The notes below the pieces were generated by a model, which was not told where the DNA came from, did not search any database, and saw only the letters and a program-made list of their open reading frames with translations. Below are positions 22,792 through 41,505 of a stretch of 64,000 nt of DNA, one piece after another; the first letter of the stretch is position 1; each line of letters starts with the position of its first letter. The DNA lies in NCBI RefSeq assembly GCF_009914755.1, contig NC_060928.1, one strand, 5' to 3'. Made by a program: the position numbers and the translations under genes. Source of the stretch: the human T2T-CHM13v2.0 reference genome, Homo sapiens.

Positions 22792-22967
22792 CTAATGCAC
22801 AATTTAAAGGGTCATTTATTTGCTGTGTAATTTTGACAAAAAGGTCAGTTGTTTCATTCTCTTTGAAGTTCAAGCACTAGTTATTGTTATAACTATAACA
22901 ATTACATTGTTATAGTTTTATAATAAGTGGTATAAACATGCCTATAAAATAATTGTTTTCTTTTGCC

Positions 22968-23252
22968 TTTTATTTATTTATTTATTTATTTGAGACAGGG
23001 TCACCCAGGCTGGAATGCAGTGACGCAATTACGGCTCACTGCAGCTTTGACCTCCTGGGCTCAAGTGATCCTCCTGCCTCAGCCTCCTGAGTAGCTGGGA
23101 CCACAGGCATGCACCACCACATCCAGCTAATTTTTTTTTTTCATTTTTAGTACAGACAAGGTCTCACTATGTTGCCCAGACTGGTCTTGAACTCCTGGCT
23201 TCAAGTGATCCTCCTGCCTCAGGATTGCAGGTGTGAGCCACCAGGCCTGGCC
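22968..23252 (-). mobile_element. AluJ-like element
   Basis: (TTTA)n tail, ctcctgggctcaagtgatcctcctgcctcagcc, dimeric structure. Confidence 0.9.
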
Positions 23253-23524
23253 AATAAATTTTTAATGGGGAAAAAAAGCTTTTTTCTTGTGATGACTAGC
23301 ATAAAAACATCAGCCATCCATTGCAGAAAAAGTGGGCTTTAAATCAAGGTTTAAAGAGAAATACTGTCTAACATTATCAAACAGTAAATATAAAAAGATA
23401 GTAACATTTTTCTAAGTGACAAACTCATTCTTCCTTAATAAATTTTAATTTAGGAAACCAAAATCCAGGTGAGAATATATTAAAGACAGCATTTGTAATA
23501 TTTTTGACCCAGCTGAAAGAATAA

Positions 23525-23762
23525 ATAATAATGACTATTTATTGAGGATTTACTGTACTTAGTTATGTATTAATACACATATAGTCTCACTCAATCCTGA
23601 CAATAACACTATGAGGTAGATAATTTATTCTTAGCTATGTATTATGTGTATTAATACATGACACATAAATATGTGTATTAATACACATGTAATCTCACTC
23701 AATCCTGACAATAACACTATGAGGTAGATACTTTATTTCTCTTTAGATGAGGAAACTAAGCC
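23525..23762 (-). mobile_element. MIR fragment with an internal duplication
   Basis: atttattgagg...tctcactcaatcctgacaataacactatgaggtagata...agatgaggaaactaagcc. Confidence 0.7.
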
Positions 23763-24795
23763 AAACTCTCTTGCTATACTACAAGAAAGGAATTCTTCAT
23801 ACTTTACACCATTTCACCAAATTAAATGAATTTGTACTTTAATTAAAAGGCAAAGCTACTTTGTGAAAACACTCACTAATTGAATCATAAACATATCCAC
23901 GATCCGTTTAAACATGTTCTTTTCTACACTTTAAATTTGAAGCAAAATCAGAATTATTTTATAACTAGCACAGATGTATTCAATGCCTAAAACACTGACA
24001 GTGATATTGGACCTTGGAGATAAGAGAGAGAAAAAAGGAGTCATGAAGATGCTTTATCTCCTTCGGCTTTTCAAATTGTACTCACTGCTAACAAATATTA
24101 GATTTTCCCCAAGAATACTCAAAAAGGTTTCTCTTTTAAGCATATAATATTATCTTTAGAAATTAAGTGTATAAATCTATTGTTTCTAGGAGTGTAAGTC
24201 CAACACAAATCTTACAAATAGTCCTCAGGTCTCTTGCTGGCTAGTTGTTAGATCACCAAAACCATTGTAAGTAGAAGAAATGCAGTAACCTATTTTTAAT
24301 TGTAGATTTCTAAGACCGATTTCTTTTTTTTAGCTAAGGTTGTCTATAACATTACTTAGGCCATAAAGTAAACATTGAGGTTTCGGTGATTGAGGCCTGG
24401 TAGAAAGTGGTGGAAATGAGTCTCCCAAGACATAAACAATTCTCAACATTAGCTGAAATTTCTTGGTGGCTCTAAAGCCCTTGGGGAAAAACGAAAGGTT
24501 GTCCTCATGCTCAAAATAAACACAAATGCCCTACTTTCAAACCAAAGCCTGTAAAAGGGGCAGCTGCCCATATATTATGACTTGTTAAACTAATGGATGA
24601 GTATATACTATGTAAAGTAAGCATGTCCATAAACAAAGAGCATTCCGATGATCAGTTTATACATTCGCCTATGCTAAAACCCTAACTTGTAAGGACCCAG
24701 AAGTGACTGAGAACACAGTACTGGTCAGGGTGATATGCAATTATGATAAAAGTAGGATTTTAGTATTTTAAATGTTTACTTCTTTTCCCCAATCT

Positions 24796-24968
24796 TATTT
24801 ATTTATTTAAGAGATTGGGCGGAGGCAAAGGGGTCTCTCTGTGTTGCCAGGCTGGAGCGCAGTGGCTATTCACAGGCCACTGCAGCCTCAAACTCCTGAC
24901 TTCGAGTAATCCTCCTACTTCAGCCTCCTGAGTAGCTGAAACTACAGATGTGTATCACCATGCCTGGG
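24796..24968 (-). mobile_element. FAM-like (fossil Alu monomer) element
   Basis: Monomeric. gcagtggctattcacagg is a 7SL/FAM-type segment. Confidence 0.65.
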
Positions 24969-25229
24969 GTTCCTCAGTCTTTCAATTCTTTCTTTAGTTG
25001 TTGAAAGAACCACACCAATTACCATGATCACATCTAATAGTCTAAGAGTCTAATATGGAACAAAAGATTCCAAAAATTAATTACAAATAAAAAATGGCTT
25101 AGAATTAATATGTCAAATTTCTTCAGAAAACTTTAGTAAGCTTATCTAGAAAGATTATCATTCTCAGGAGAAAATCTCTGTATAGTCTTGTTTTGAACCA
25201 ATTTTATAAGATTTTGGAGTGGGGCTCAC

Positions 25230-26563
<1,334 letters not shown>

Positions 26564-26639
26564 GAACTATGAAAGTAATATGAGCTCATAGTTTTTAATG
26601 AAGACAGAGATAAAGACAGTGATAGAGATAGAAATATGT

Positions 26640-28150
<1,511 letters not shown>

Positions 28151-28506
28151 TTTGGCTCCAAATAACAGAAAACCAACCACCATAAACAACAAAAATTATC
28201 ACCTCACAAAACAAGATATTTTGAGGTAAGGCTCATAAGCCATCATTAAGGATTCAGAAAGTTTTTTTTTCTTTTTGCCTTGATAGAAAAAATACATAAT
28301 GAAGAAATAAGCTCCTTTTTCTGCCTCTTGATATATGTTTGTGACACTTTAGACATTCTGGATAATGAAGGCAGCTCACCGACATCCTGAAGAGGACACA
28401 GCCTTGAGTCTTACCTGCTTCAATATTTTTGGCAATGTCTGGTAAACTAACAATATATAACAGGAGACATATTCCAGGGTATTCACTGCATAATTTTTCC
28501 TAATCT

Positions 28507-28557
28507 CACATACATACACACATACAACACACACACACGCACACACACACACACACA
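28507..28557. repeat. Imperfect (CA)n microsatellite
   Basis: cacatacatacacacatacaacacacacacacgcacacacacacacacaca. Confidence 0.9.
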
Positions 28558-28631
28558 GCACAAATGCAACAGCCTAACTAAACATCAGTATAGATTGCAT
28601 AAATAAATTGTATATTTATGATGTGGTTTAA

Positions 28632-30096
<1,465 letters not shown>

Positions 30097-31056
30097 TAGA
30101 ACCTTGAGAGAAAAAAGCAAGCTATTTAGGGATATTTATAGTATAATATCACTTATGTAAAATTAAAACCCATAGCATAAATGCTCTATATTATTTATGA
30201 GAAAGCAAACATCTAATAAAAATATAAAAACAGTGAATTGAGCTTGTAATTATCTCTAGGGAAAGAAAAAGGAAAATCAGATTAGAGATGGTTATATAGT
30301 ATCAAAAATGCTTCAACTTTATCTCTAGTTTTATTTCTTTAATGAAAAAGGATCCATGATAAATATGAAAATAATGATAAATCATATTGAGTCTATGTAG
30401 AAAGTTTACAGATACTTGCCATTTTATGTACATTTATGCTTCACAATCCTCTGTCCTTTTTAAAGTACTGTATAATTTTTAAAAATACTTCATAATTTTA
30501 AAAAACACATACTACATATTTTTTTAAAAGTTTCCCATGAAAATATTTCATCAGTCATGAAAAGTTCCTATCCCACATACAAATATCTGTATAAACACTA
30601 CAAATGGAGATCACTTCCTTCATTTTTTACTAAACGCCATTTTAAGACACATGCTATATGTTGCTTAAGGACTAGAAACTAGGTAATGTCAGAAGAAATG
30701 TAAATAGCGATAATATGTTACAGAAAAAGTAGCAAGGATCAAATAAAGATGCCATGAAGAGCAAGAAAGGTCCAAATGGCATAAAATTGAAAGAGGTGTC
30801 CAGAGGTTAGTCCAATGCTCAAAAAACATCCTTGGTATTAAATGAGAAGCCAAAGATGTTACTGTCAAAATTTTTTTTTAAACAGGTGTGAAAAAAGTTT
30901 CTACTTGAATTTTAACTAGGGGGCACTTAGAGAATATGAAGCAGGGCACATGTCAACAATATGATTTATTACTAAGGCTATAATAAATGTCAAGGTTTTT
31001 CTCTGGAAGTCAAAACATTAATTATTAAGATCCCACGAGGTCCCATAGCAACATAC

Positions 31057-31232
31057 CTGAAGAAGGAGCCTTTCAAAAGCCAGAAAGTTGTCCCACTTGG
31101 CAGTCTGTGGGTGTTTCAACGTTTGAGCTGTGGCCAGTCCAAGCTGGAGGAGGCCACAATGATTCATTAGAGCTTTGAGGTTGTTCTTGAAGAGCTGAAT
31201 ATAGGACATGAGCTGTCCCGGTGTGACTCTCC
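31057..31232 (-). CDS. SCFD2: Internal coding exon (176 bp, probably exon 4) of Sec1 family domain-containing protein 2
   Basis: Minus strand reads tcttatgtttccAG|GGAGAGTCACACCG...CTCCTTCTTCAG|GTatgt, with canonical acceptor and donor. It translates to (G)RVTPGQLMSYIQLFKNNLKALMNHCGLLQLGLATAQTLKHPQTAKWDNFLAFERLLLQ, which I recognise as SCFD2. Upstream intron is phase 1, downstream phase 0. This is non-repetitive sequence. Confidence 0.9.
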
Positions 31233-32724
31233 CTGGAAACATAAGAATTTATCAGTGTACCCCCTTCTGGGAATAGTACAAATAATGAGAAGGATTCCAT
31301 TAATAATACCACTGTCTTGTATTTGGGCAGAACTTCAGAGCTGACTGCAAGCTTTCCTAAGCTATTGTGATTCTTACAACTATATAGTGACAAGAGCAAA
31401 ACTGGTCCTATTATTAATACCTGCATTTTGCAAGTAAGGAAACAGGGATGCTAATTAAGGGATCTGGCCAAGGTCATGTTGCCAGTAGAATTCATTTTAT
31501 CATTATGTAATACTCTGTAAATAAATTTTCAAATAAAGTCACACAAATAAATATTTGTTGAGCTCAACTTGGAGTACCTCTTTATGACATATGACATAGC
31601 AATCTAAGAGGGAAAAAGATAAGATTTCTAATTGTGTGTGTATGTACCTAAAAGAAGATGAGAAATAGATTATTTCTCATCTAAAACTTTACCATTGATA
31701 TCAGTGAGTTCATGACAATATTCGTGAGATAAAAGCAGTTACATGGAACAAAAATGTATCAAGAACTACAGTGCAAAACCACTGGAAGAGGAGGTATCAG
31801 AAGAAAGGGTTGGTGTGGGGAACAGCACATTTGCTACAATGGTCACCTACATTTAGAACAAGAGAGCCTACCTCATAAAAGCATAGAGACTATACAAACA
31901 CTTGTACATCTACAAACACACAAACTGTTGAGGATTCACTCCTTCAGAGCCCCTAACTCCAAGTTTTGCCAATAGCTGTCTTTCCACCGAGTCTCCTCCC
32001 ACTCTCCAGTCTGTAAAATTTCATTCCTGCCATTCCTCCATGCTATGCGCAAAGCTCTTGGACATCGGATTCTCCCCACCAGGCAAAAAGGCAATGGGGC
32101 CAAACATAGATGTAAGCCAAGTAATTCATTCCTATATGTTTCACCCATGCCATGTTTGTGGGTTGTTCTTTGATACTGAAATCCAAGTTTATTTGCTTGT
32201 TATAAACTTGTTATAAACTGAAATCCAAGTTATTTGCTTGTTAAGTATTTGGCAATGAAACCACCTGCATTTATTTAGCAATTTACACAGTGCTTACACA
32301 AACACACCCTTTACTGATTCTCATGGCAACTCCTTGAGGTAGAAAACGAGGCTTGTGCTGCATCTATTAGTCCTGCCTGACGTGCTAAGAAAGTAATGTC
32401 TTACCCAGTGCTAAATGGCAGATATCACTTAATAAATGGTTTTTGCTAAAAGTAAAGACCTTGCCACATGAAACTCAAAAGCCTACAACATATCTTTCTA
32501 TCTCTTCATTATTTTTTTTGAAGAGATAAAGAATGTTTAAGTTCTTCATTACCAGTTTATCAGGGTAAGCATTTAAAGAAAAAGAACAGTGGGAATAAGT
32601 AGGAGGGTGAGTCTCATGAGTTTCTTTGGTCCCTTGGTAAAGCATGGGTTTGTTCCTGATTCTCAAAGCAGCAAGCTAACAATCTGCTTGCTCAAGTACT
32701 CATAGAAAAAAACCTCATTAATAC

Positions 32725-34280
32725 TTTGTTTCTTTATCAGGTTTATTAAGGTATTTTCTACATACAGTAAAATTCAGCCTTTTCTAGTGTACAGTTCTAT
32801 GAATTTTGACAAATGGATATGGTTGGATAACCACTGTCACAGTCAAAATACAGAACATTCCCATCATTCCAAACAGCTCCCCTTCTTGGTAGTCCATTCA
32901 CTTTCCCTAGTTCCAGCCCTGTTGGTTGATGAACCCTTATCTGTGTTTATCTGATTTCCATCTCACAGTTTTGTCTTTCTAGAGTGTCACATAAATGGAA
33001 TCACATAGTATGTAGCCATTTGAGTCTGGCTTCTTTCACTGAACCATAATGTATCTGAGATTCATCCACGTTGCTGCTTGTATTAGTAGTTTGCTCTTTT
33101 TTCTTGCTGAGTGATATTTCATTGTGTGGATGTATCATAGTTTATTTAGCCATTTATTTATCTATTCACTAGTTAATGAGTATTTGGGTTGCTTTCAATT
33201 TTTTAGAAATTATGAATAAAGCCTTCACAAACATCTGTGTACAGGTCTTTGTGTGTGTGTGTGTGTGTGTGTGTATACATATGTTTCATTTTCCTTTAGG
33301 CAAATTTCTAGGAGCAGGTTTCTAGGACAGATGTTAAGTATATGCTTACTTTTAATTTTTTTTTAATTCTTAAGCTTTATTTTATCACTCTTATCAAACA
33401 TATCAGAAAGCATATCAACAGTGCATCTTATGTTAAGTTTACAACAAAATTGAACAATGTAATTGTGTTTGATGAAAAAGTTTTATAGCAAAAAAGCGTA
33501 CAATACAGTCCATTGAAATGCAGGGTTCATGCTTTTTAGGTACGTTAAAAAGTGGAAAATAAAAGACCTCTGCTACTCAGCAACATAAAACAAGTTTAAA
33601 AGACTTGAGTGGAAATCAGATACTTAGGGGTTTGTGAAAAAAACTTCTTGGTACTGACCCACATATACATTTATAGTTTCATTTAGTTATTTTTTTTTAA
33701 TTTTTATTTTAGGTTCAGAGGTACATGTACTGGTTTGTTATATAGGTAAACTCGTGTCATGGGGATTTGTGGTACAGAATGTTTTGTCACCGAGGTACTA
33801 TGCCTAGTACCCAATAGTTATTTTTTCTGATCCTCTCCTTCCTCCCACCCTCCACCCTCAAGTAAGCTCCAATATCAGCTGTTCCCCTCTTAGTGTCCAT
33901 GTGTTCCCATCATTTAGCTCCCACTTATAAGTGAGAACATGCAGTATTTAGTTTAAGCACATGTTTAATTTTATAAGAAATTGGCAAACTGATTTCCAAA
34001 GTGGGCTGTACCACCAGCAACATATGAGAGTTTTAGTTGCCTTACAACTTCACCAACACTTGGTTTTGTCAGCTATTTTTATTTTAATGATTCTAACAGA
34101 TGTGTAGCAGTATCTCATTGTGGTTTAAAATTTCATTTTCCTAATGACTAATGATGTTAACCACCTTTTCATGTGTGTCTTTTGCCATCCTATATCTGTT
34201 TTGGTGAAGTGTCTGGTCAAATCTTTTGCTCATTTTTTAATTAGGTTGTTTGTTTTCTTATTACTGAGTTGTGAGTGTCA
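32725..34280 (-). mobile_element. Old L1MB/MC 3' end, interrupted at 33355-33952
   Basis: gtacagttctatgaattttgacaaatg, ctggcttctttcact, agattcatccacgttgctgc, tatctcattgtggttt. (TG)n at 33250-33274. Confidence 0.75.
33355..33952 (-). mobile_element. Short L1PA15-17-like 3' end (33690-33952) with an ~330-bp 3' transduction (33355-33689)
   Basis: L1 3'UTR ggtacatgtactggtttgttatataggtaaactcgtgtcatgggg. Degenerate TSD ttaagtatatgcttactttta (33334-33354) versus ttaagcacatgtttaatttta (33953-33973). Second poly(T) tract, with AATAAA on - at 33376-33381. Confidence 0.7.
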
Positions 34281-35001
34281 TTCACTTTTATTGATTCATT
34301 GATTCAACATATATTTCTGTAACAGGCACTATTCCTGTTTCTAGGAATAAACCTGTGAACAAATCCAGACAAAAACCCCTATGCTTGTAGCCAACAAATA
34401 AAGAAAACAACTCCTTGATGATCTCCTAATTAATTCAGCCTCTTACGTGTCATTCTCTCTAAAGGGATAGGGACCTTTTGTGCAAATGATTAACATTTTT
34501 AAGAAATGATATTCTCTGACATCTATTATATTAAATATGTAAGAACAAATTTTCACACAAAATGGTTTCAAAACTTAAGATTGCCATGAGCTCCATTTAT
34601 TTATATAAACACTGTACTGCAGGTGATGGCAGTGTGGCTCCTAAACACATAGAACTTAGTCTATCAAGACAAACATTCATTTAATGATCATACAAATAAT
34701 TACTTAATCATGATAGTGGTAAGTACTGCCAAAGAAAAATACAAAATGTCTTGAAGGTGTGAAAGGCTCTACATGATATGAAAACTGCCTACCTCTCCAA
34801 CCCCATCTCCTCAACTGAAAGAAGAGGAATTAAATAGATTCAAAATATATACAATTCATTTCTTCTATAACTATGTTTTAGAGAGACTCCAGGAAACGGG
34901 AATCACCAGAGGAAGCCATCAGAGGATCTGCTCAGATTTCTATTGTAATAACCGTATGTTCATTTTAAAGATAAAAGTGTCTTTGATTAAAAAACAGTCC
35001 A

Positions 35002-35775
<774 letters not shown>

Positions 35776-36519
35776 GTCAAATTTTTTATCCAATCAGCAT
35801 TTCCTAGCTGAGACCCAGACTCAGCTACCATATTTATGTAACGTCACCTTCTCATATAAGGCATATGATCTAAAGGAACAAATGGGTATATCTCCTAACA
35901 GAAAATATCAACACCACACTACCTTGTGTTCCTTGCAGATTTAGTAGTTATTCACCTTCTCTACTCTGTTCTATTCCCCTTTGTATGTCGTTTTTTACAC
36001 ACTCATGACACTACTCCTTCGTTAGGTATAAATCACGACAGCAGATTTTTTTTTCCTAAAAATCCCTAAGAGGCTAACTGGAATTTAAGTTAAAAAGTAA
36101 TTCACACAGATGCTCTAAAAAAAAAAAAAAAAGGCCAGTGACATTTTTAAAATTTTTAAATTTAACCATAACCTTACCAAAAGCAAATGGAAATCAACTA
36201 ATTGACCATCAAAAATGCTGCAGTAAGACTAACCACTGAAGTAAAATTTCTTAGTTTATATAAACTAAAACAGCAAGCAACTAGACAAGTGTTGAAAAAG
36301 TAATGGACAGAATATTTATTCATACTTCACCTTACAAAAACAAGCAAACAAACAAAACCCTTGACAGACAGATTTACATGGTTATTTAAAAATGTCAACC
36401 CACCAGGCTTTACAGCACATTTTAAAAGCCATAAAACAAAGGTTATTTCATATTAAGACTGCATAAATATATAGCAACTTTTTAAAATTTGATTTTCAGT
36501 TAGGCTTTATTTTTCTTTC

Positions 36520-36647
36520 TTCTTATTTTTCTTTGTAGAGACAAGGTCTTGTTATGTTGCCCAGGTTGGTATCAAACTGCTGGCCTCAAGCAATCCTCCC
36601 ACCTCCCAAAGTACTGGGATTACAGGTGTGAGCCACCATACCTGGCC
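36520..36647 (-). mobile_element. FLAM / Alu left monomer
   Basis: tgtagagacaaggtcttgttatgttgcccagg...gagccaccatacctggcc. Confidence 0.8.
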
Positions 36648-36883
36648 CTTATTTCACTTTTAAGAAAGAGAAACAGGCTTCTGGTTTCAATTTAGCTAAG
36701 AGAAAAACACAAAACTTCATCAAACATCAATTCTATACATTTTCAAAACTGTTATTAAAATATAAATTTATGTCTTGGGTAAAAGGTTACAGATTTAGAA
36801 AACAAAAGGATTTAATATTATGTCAATATAGTTTGTGATTCTTATGATATTGAATTCAACTGAATTCCAATGCATTAAGAAGC

Positions 36884-37250
36884 TGTATTAGTCCATTCTC
36901 ACACTGTTATATAAAGAAATACCCGAGACTGGACAATTTAAAAAGGAAAGAGGTTTAATGGCCTCACAGTTCTGCATGACTGAGGAGGGCTCAGGAAACT
37001 TACAATCATGGCAGAAGGGGAAGCAAACATGCCCATCTTCACAAGGTGGGAGGAGAGAGAAAAATGAGTAGCAAAGAAGCAACAGCCCCTTATAAAACCA
37101 TCATGTCTTGTGAGAACTCACTATCACCAGTACAGCATCAGGGAAACTGCCCCCATGATACAATTACCTCCACCTGGTCTCTCCCTGGGGATTATGGGGA
37201 TTACAATTCAACATGAGATTTGGGTGAGGACACAAAGCCTAACCACATCA
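36884..37250 (-). mobile_element. THE1C/D-like MaLR solo LTR
   Basis: tgtattagtccattctcac...aaccacatca (367 bp) with 5-bp TSD gaagc at 36879-36883 and 37251-37255. Confidence 0.9.
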
Positions 37251-37465
37251 GAAGCTATTCTTCCAATTACTGCATATACTTGACAAATTATAGCTTTCTC
37301 AATCTGTTTTCTGGCTGGTAAAATATACTTAAAATATTTACACATGTATAATTCTTTACTGGCACTTTTAAAGATTATTCTATCATACCCAGTCTGTCAG
37401 ATTTGATTTAATGGCAAAACTGTTATGATGGGAAAGAGCAACCATCATAAGAAATTTTATCTAGA

Positions 37466-37842
<377 letters not shown>

Positions 37843-39699
37843 TCATTGCATGTTTTTTATTCATTCAATTCTGCAAAGATGAATGAAAATCCAGTGTGTA
37901 GAATTTGAATAAACAGATGTATATGTTTTAAGACTTGCATTCTTAGAAATCTAATGTCAGCATTTCATTTTTCTCCTTTTCAATGATTTTCTAATATAAT
38001 AAAGGCAATGTATATTAGAATATTTAAATATAATATATTCTGCTAAAACTCTGGTTTATTAGTTCATACACAACTGGCAAACAGGAATTATGTCAATATT
38101 ATTCAAAAGTCACATCTGTTCTTTTGAGATTTTTTCCCCATTATTTTAACATTTTGTGCTATCAAAGACAGCAGCTAAACACAAAGTAAATGAGCACAAC
38201 TGAACACATCAAGCTACAAGAGGAATTGAGTACCCTATGAAGCACCCATTCATCCTTGCTTTTCCTCTTGGCTCTGCGGCCGTGCGCCCTGTTTTGGAAG
38301 TGCTTCCTGTTTGATTCGACCTGATCTCCATTGCATTTTGCTTTTGACTTCCTAACTAAACAACCTCAACTCGTCTTATACCTTCCAACAAGCTACTGTA
38401 AACTCTTTTGCTCACAAAAAGTTCTATATATGCTGTAACATTGATTTATAGAAATTTAGCATGCCTTTTTAACTGTGCTAATATTTTTATCAAGAGTTTT
38501 AATGTTTTTGTAAGTGCTCCAATTACAAGGTTGCATAGATTTTTGAATGGGCTCCTGCTGATACCATGAGCCCTGACTCCTAGTATGTGATGCAAAACCC
38601 AAGTTTTTCAGAAATGCATATATATCATAGAAAAAATACCCATAACTGATATATAGACAGGGGTGGCAACTTTACTAAGATTAAACTATTGGTTAGTAGA
38701 CAGCACCATGAAAGAAATCCTCAAATGTTAATTCAACAGTTGACACAAGAGAAACAGAATCTTGAGTATGCCAGATGGCTTATGAGTTTCGTAAATAATG
38801 TGCAAAAGACTCAAGAGGCTACCCTGAGCACATGTGTTTATATTGGCTCCTCAGGAGATGCATCAGAATGATAAAAAGTAATAAAAAGGGATAGAAATGC
38901 ACTCAGGAAGATCACCGAAATAGTCTATAAGCAAACAAAAGATTGCAACACCTTTTCCCCTCACCAGTTGGTTATCTCTGGAACTTGCATTATATATTTT
39001 AGCTTTCTTTTTTGTTCTGCAGCTAAGCAATATCTTACAGCTGTCCATATTCTTAGTAGAGGATATTAAGTCCCTTGCCCTTCTCTTTATTTCTTCTTTC
39101 CCTCTTTCGTCTTTTAAATCATCAGTATTTGTATTTTTACCTAGTCAAGATTGATAGCATTTCTATTTTATTCCATAACCATAGTAAATTACGGTATTAC
39201 TAAACTATTATGTGCTTTTTCTGTAGTTTGATTCTAAAAGTTCAAAATCAGTAAATAGCATTTACAACATCATAAACTGTATAACAATTCTATTCTCCTG
39301 TACTTTGAAGATTCACAGTGATTGTGTCTAATTTAGAGCTTTTTCAAACTTTTATTGTAGGTTCAGGGGTAGAGGTGCAGGTTTGTTATGAGGTTAATTC
39401 TTTCTACTTGCTTCTCAGTAAGCCTATTTAATTTGAATACAGTTTTCTTCTGTCTTTTGGGAAAGTTTCACATTCTTTCATGCTAATTGCTCTCTGTCTT
39501 TTGAAACTACTAATAGTTCATGGGCCTTCTAGATTGCTTCTGTATGTTTGTCTTTTCTCTGATCTTCTACACTTCTTTCTATATTCTCTCTCCTTTGTTC
39601 CTACATTTTAGGAGATTTTCTTAATTTATCTTTCAACTATTGTCTGAAGTTTTTGGCTATTTTATTTTCATAATGATATCTTTAATATCCGAGGGCCCT

Positions 39700-39860
39700 T
39701 TTTAAAACAGCTTTATTGAGATAGAACTTACATACTATAAAATTCCCCCCTTAAAGTATACAATTCAGTGGTTTTTGGTATATTCACAGAGTTGTACAAC
39801 CATCAGTGTGGTATAATTTCAAAACATTTTTATTAGCCTAAAAAGAAACCCCATACCCAA
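39700..39860 (-). mobile_element. L1MB 3' end fragment
   Basis: cagctttattgagata...aagtatacaattcagtggtttttggtatattcacagagttgtacaaccatca...aaaagaaaccccataccca. Confidence 0.75.
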
Positions 39861-40795
39861 ATAAAAAAGATTTTATGTATCTATACATAATAGAATTTCA
39901 GCTGAACAAAATTTCCAGCTAAAAGACGTAACTGTACTTAGCTATACCAGGAAATAAAAAAAACAACAGAAATGATAATATTCAAGTAAATTCAGCAATA
40001 ATTGAACTCTGTTTTTTTAATATAGTAAAACTATCATCATGTGTGGTTTTTTAAATTTAATGAAGTATAAATTTCTAGACAGTGAAAGAGCGATGGATGA
40101 GTACTAATTTATGCAGGAAAGCAAACAATACAAATCAGCTCCCACCTCGATAAGAGGCTTTTCTTGGAATATCTGAAAAGGCTCTGAGCACAGAAGGAGC
40201 TACCTGCCCATGAGCAACTCCAGCCTCAGAAGCCTCAGGGATAATAGAGGTGGATAGTGAGGAGTATAACCTACATAAAGCACATGAATCTTAAATATAC
40301 GGTTCAAATAATTTTTACGTATGTATATATCCATGTACTCACCAACCAGAGCAAGGTATAAAACATGTCAAGCACTTTAGAAGACTCCCTTGTATACTTA
40401 CCCAGTCGATAGTCTCCTCCTAAAGGTAAACACAACAGACCATTTTTTGTCTAGTTTTAAACTTAATATAAATGGAATCCTACATATGCATTTTTTCTTG
40501 TCTGGCTTCTTTTGTTCCAAAATCTCATTTTTTGTTGTTTCTGTGTTTTACTGCTCTATATTACCATAACAGTTTCTTTATCAATTCTACTGTTAAAACA
40601 TATTTAGGTTTTATTGGCTGGGGCTATCATAAATACTGATGCTATGAACATTCTAAGACATGCCTTTCAGTGGACATAATCATTTGCTTCTATTGGATAT
40701 ATACACAGGTTTGGAACTATTGGATGGGTGAGTACTAGTTTTACTTGATACTGTCAGTTTTCCATGGTTGTACCAATATCCTCACACATTTTACA

Positions 40796-41020
<225 letters not shown>

Positions 41021-41067
41021 TACATTTGCTTTACCGTAACGTAACATAATTTTAAAATATGCATGTA

Positions 41068-41505
<438 letters not shown>

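Noticed and set aside
31073-31426. 117-aa overlapping ORF across the exon
   Set aside because: An alternative frame running from intron through the exon, with no recognisable protein similarity. The 176-bp spliced frame explains the region.
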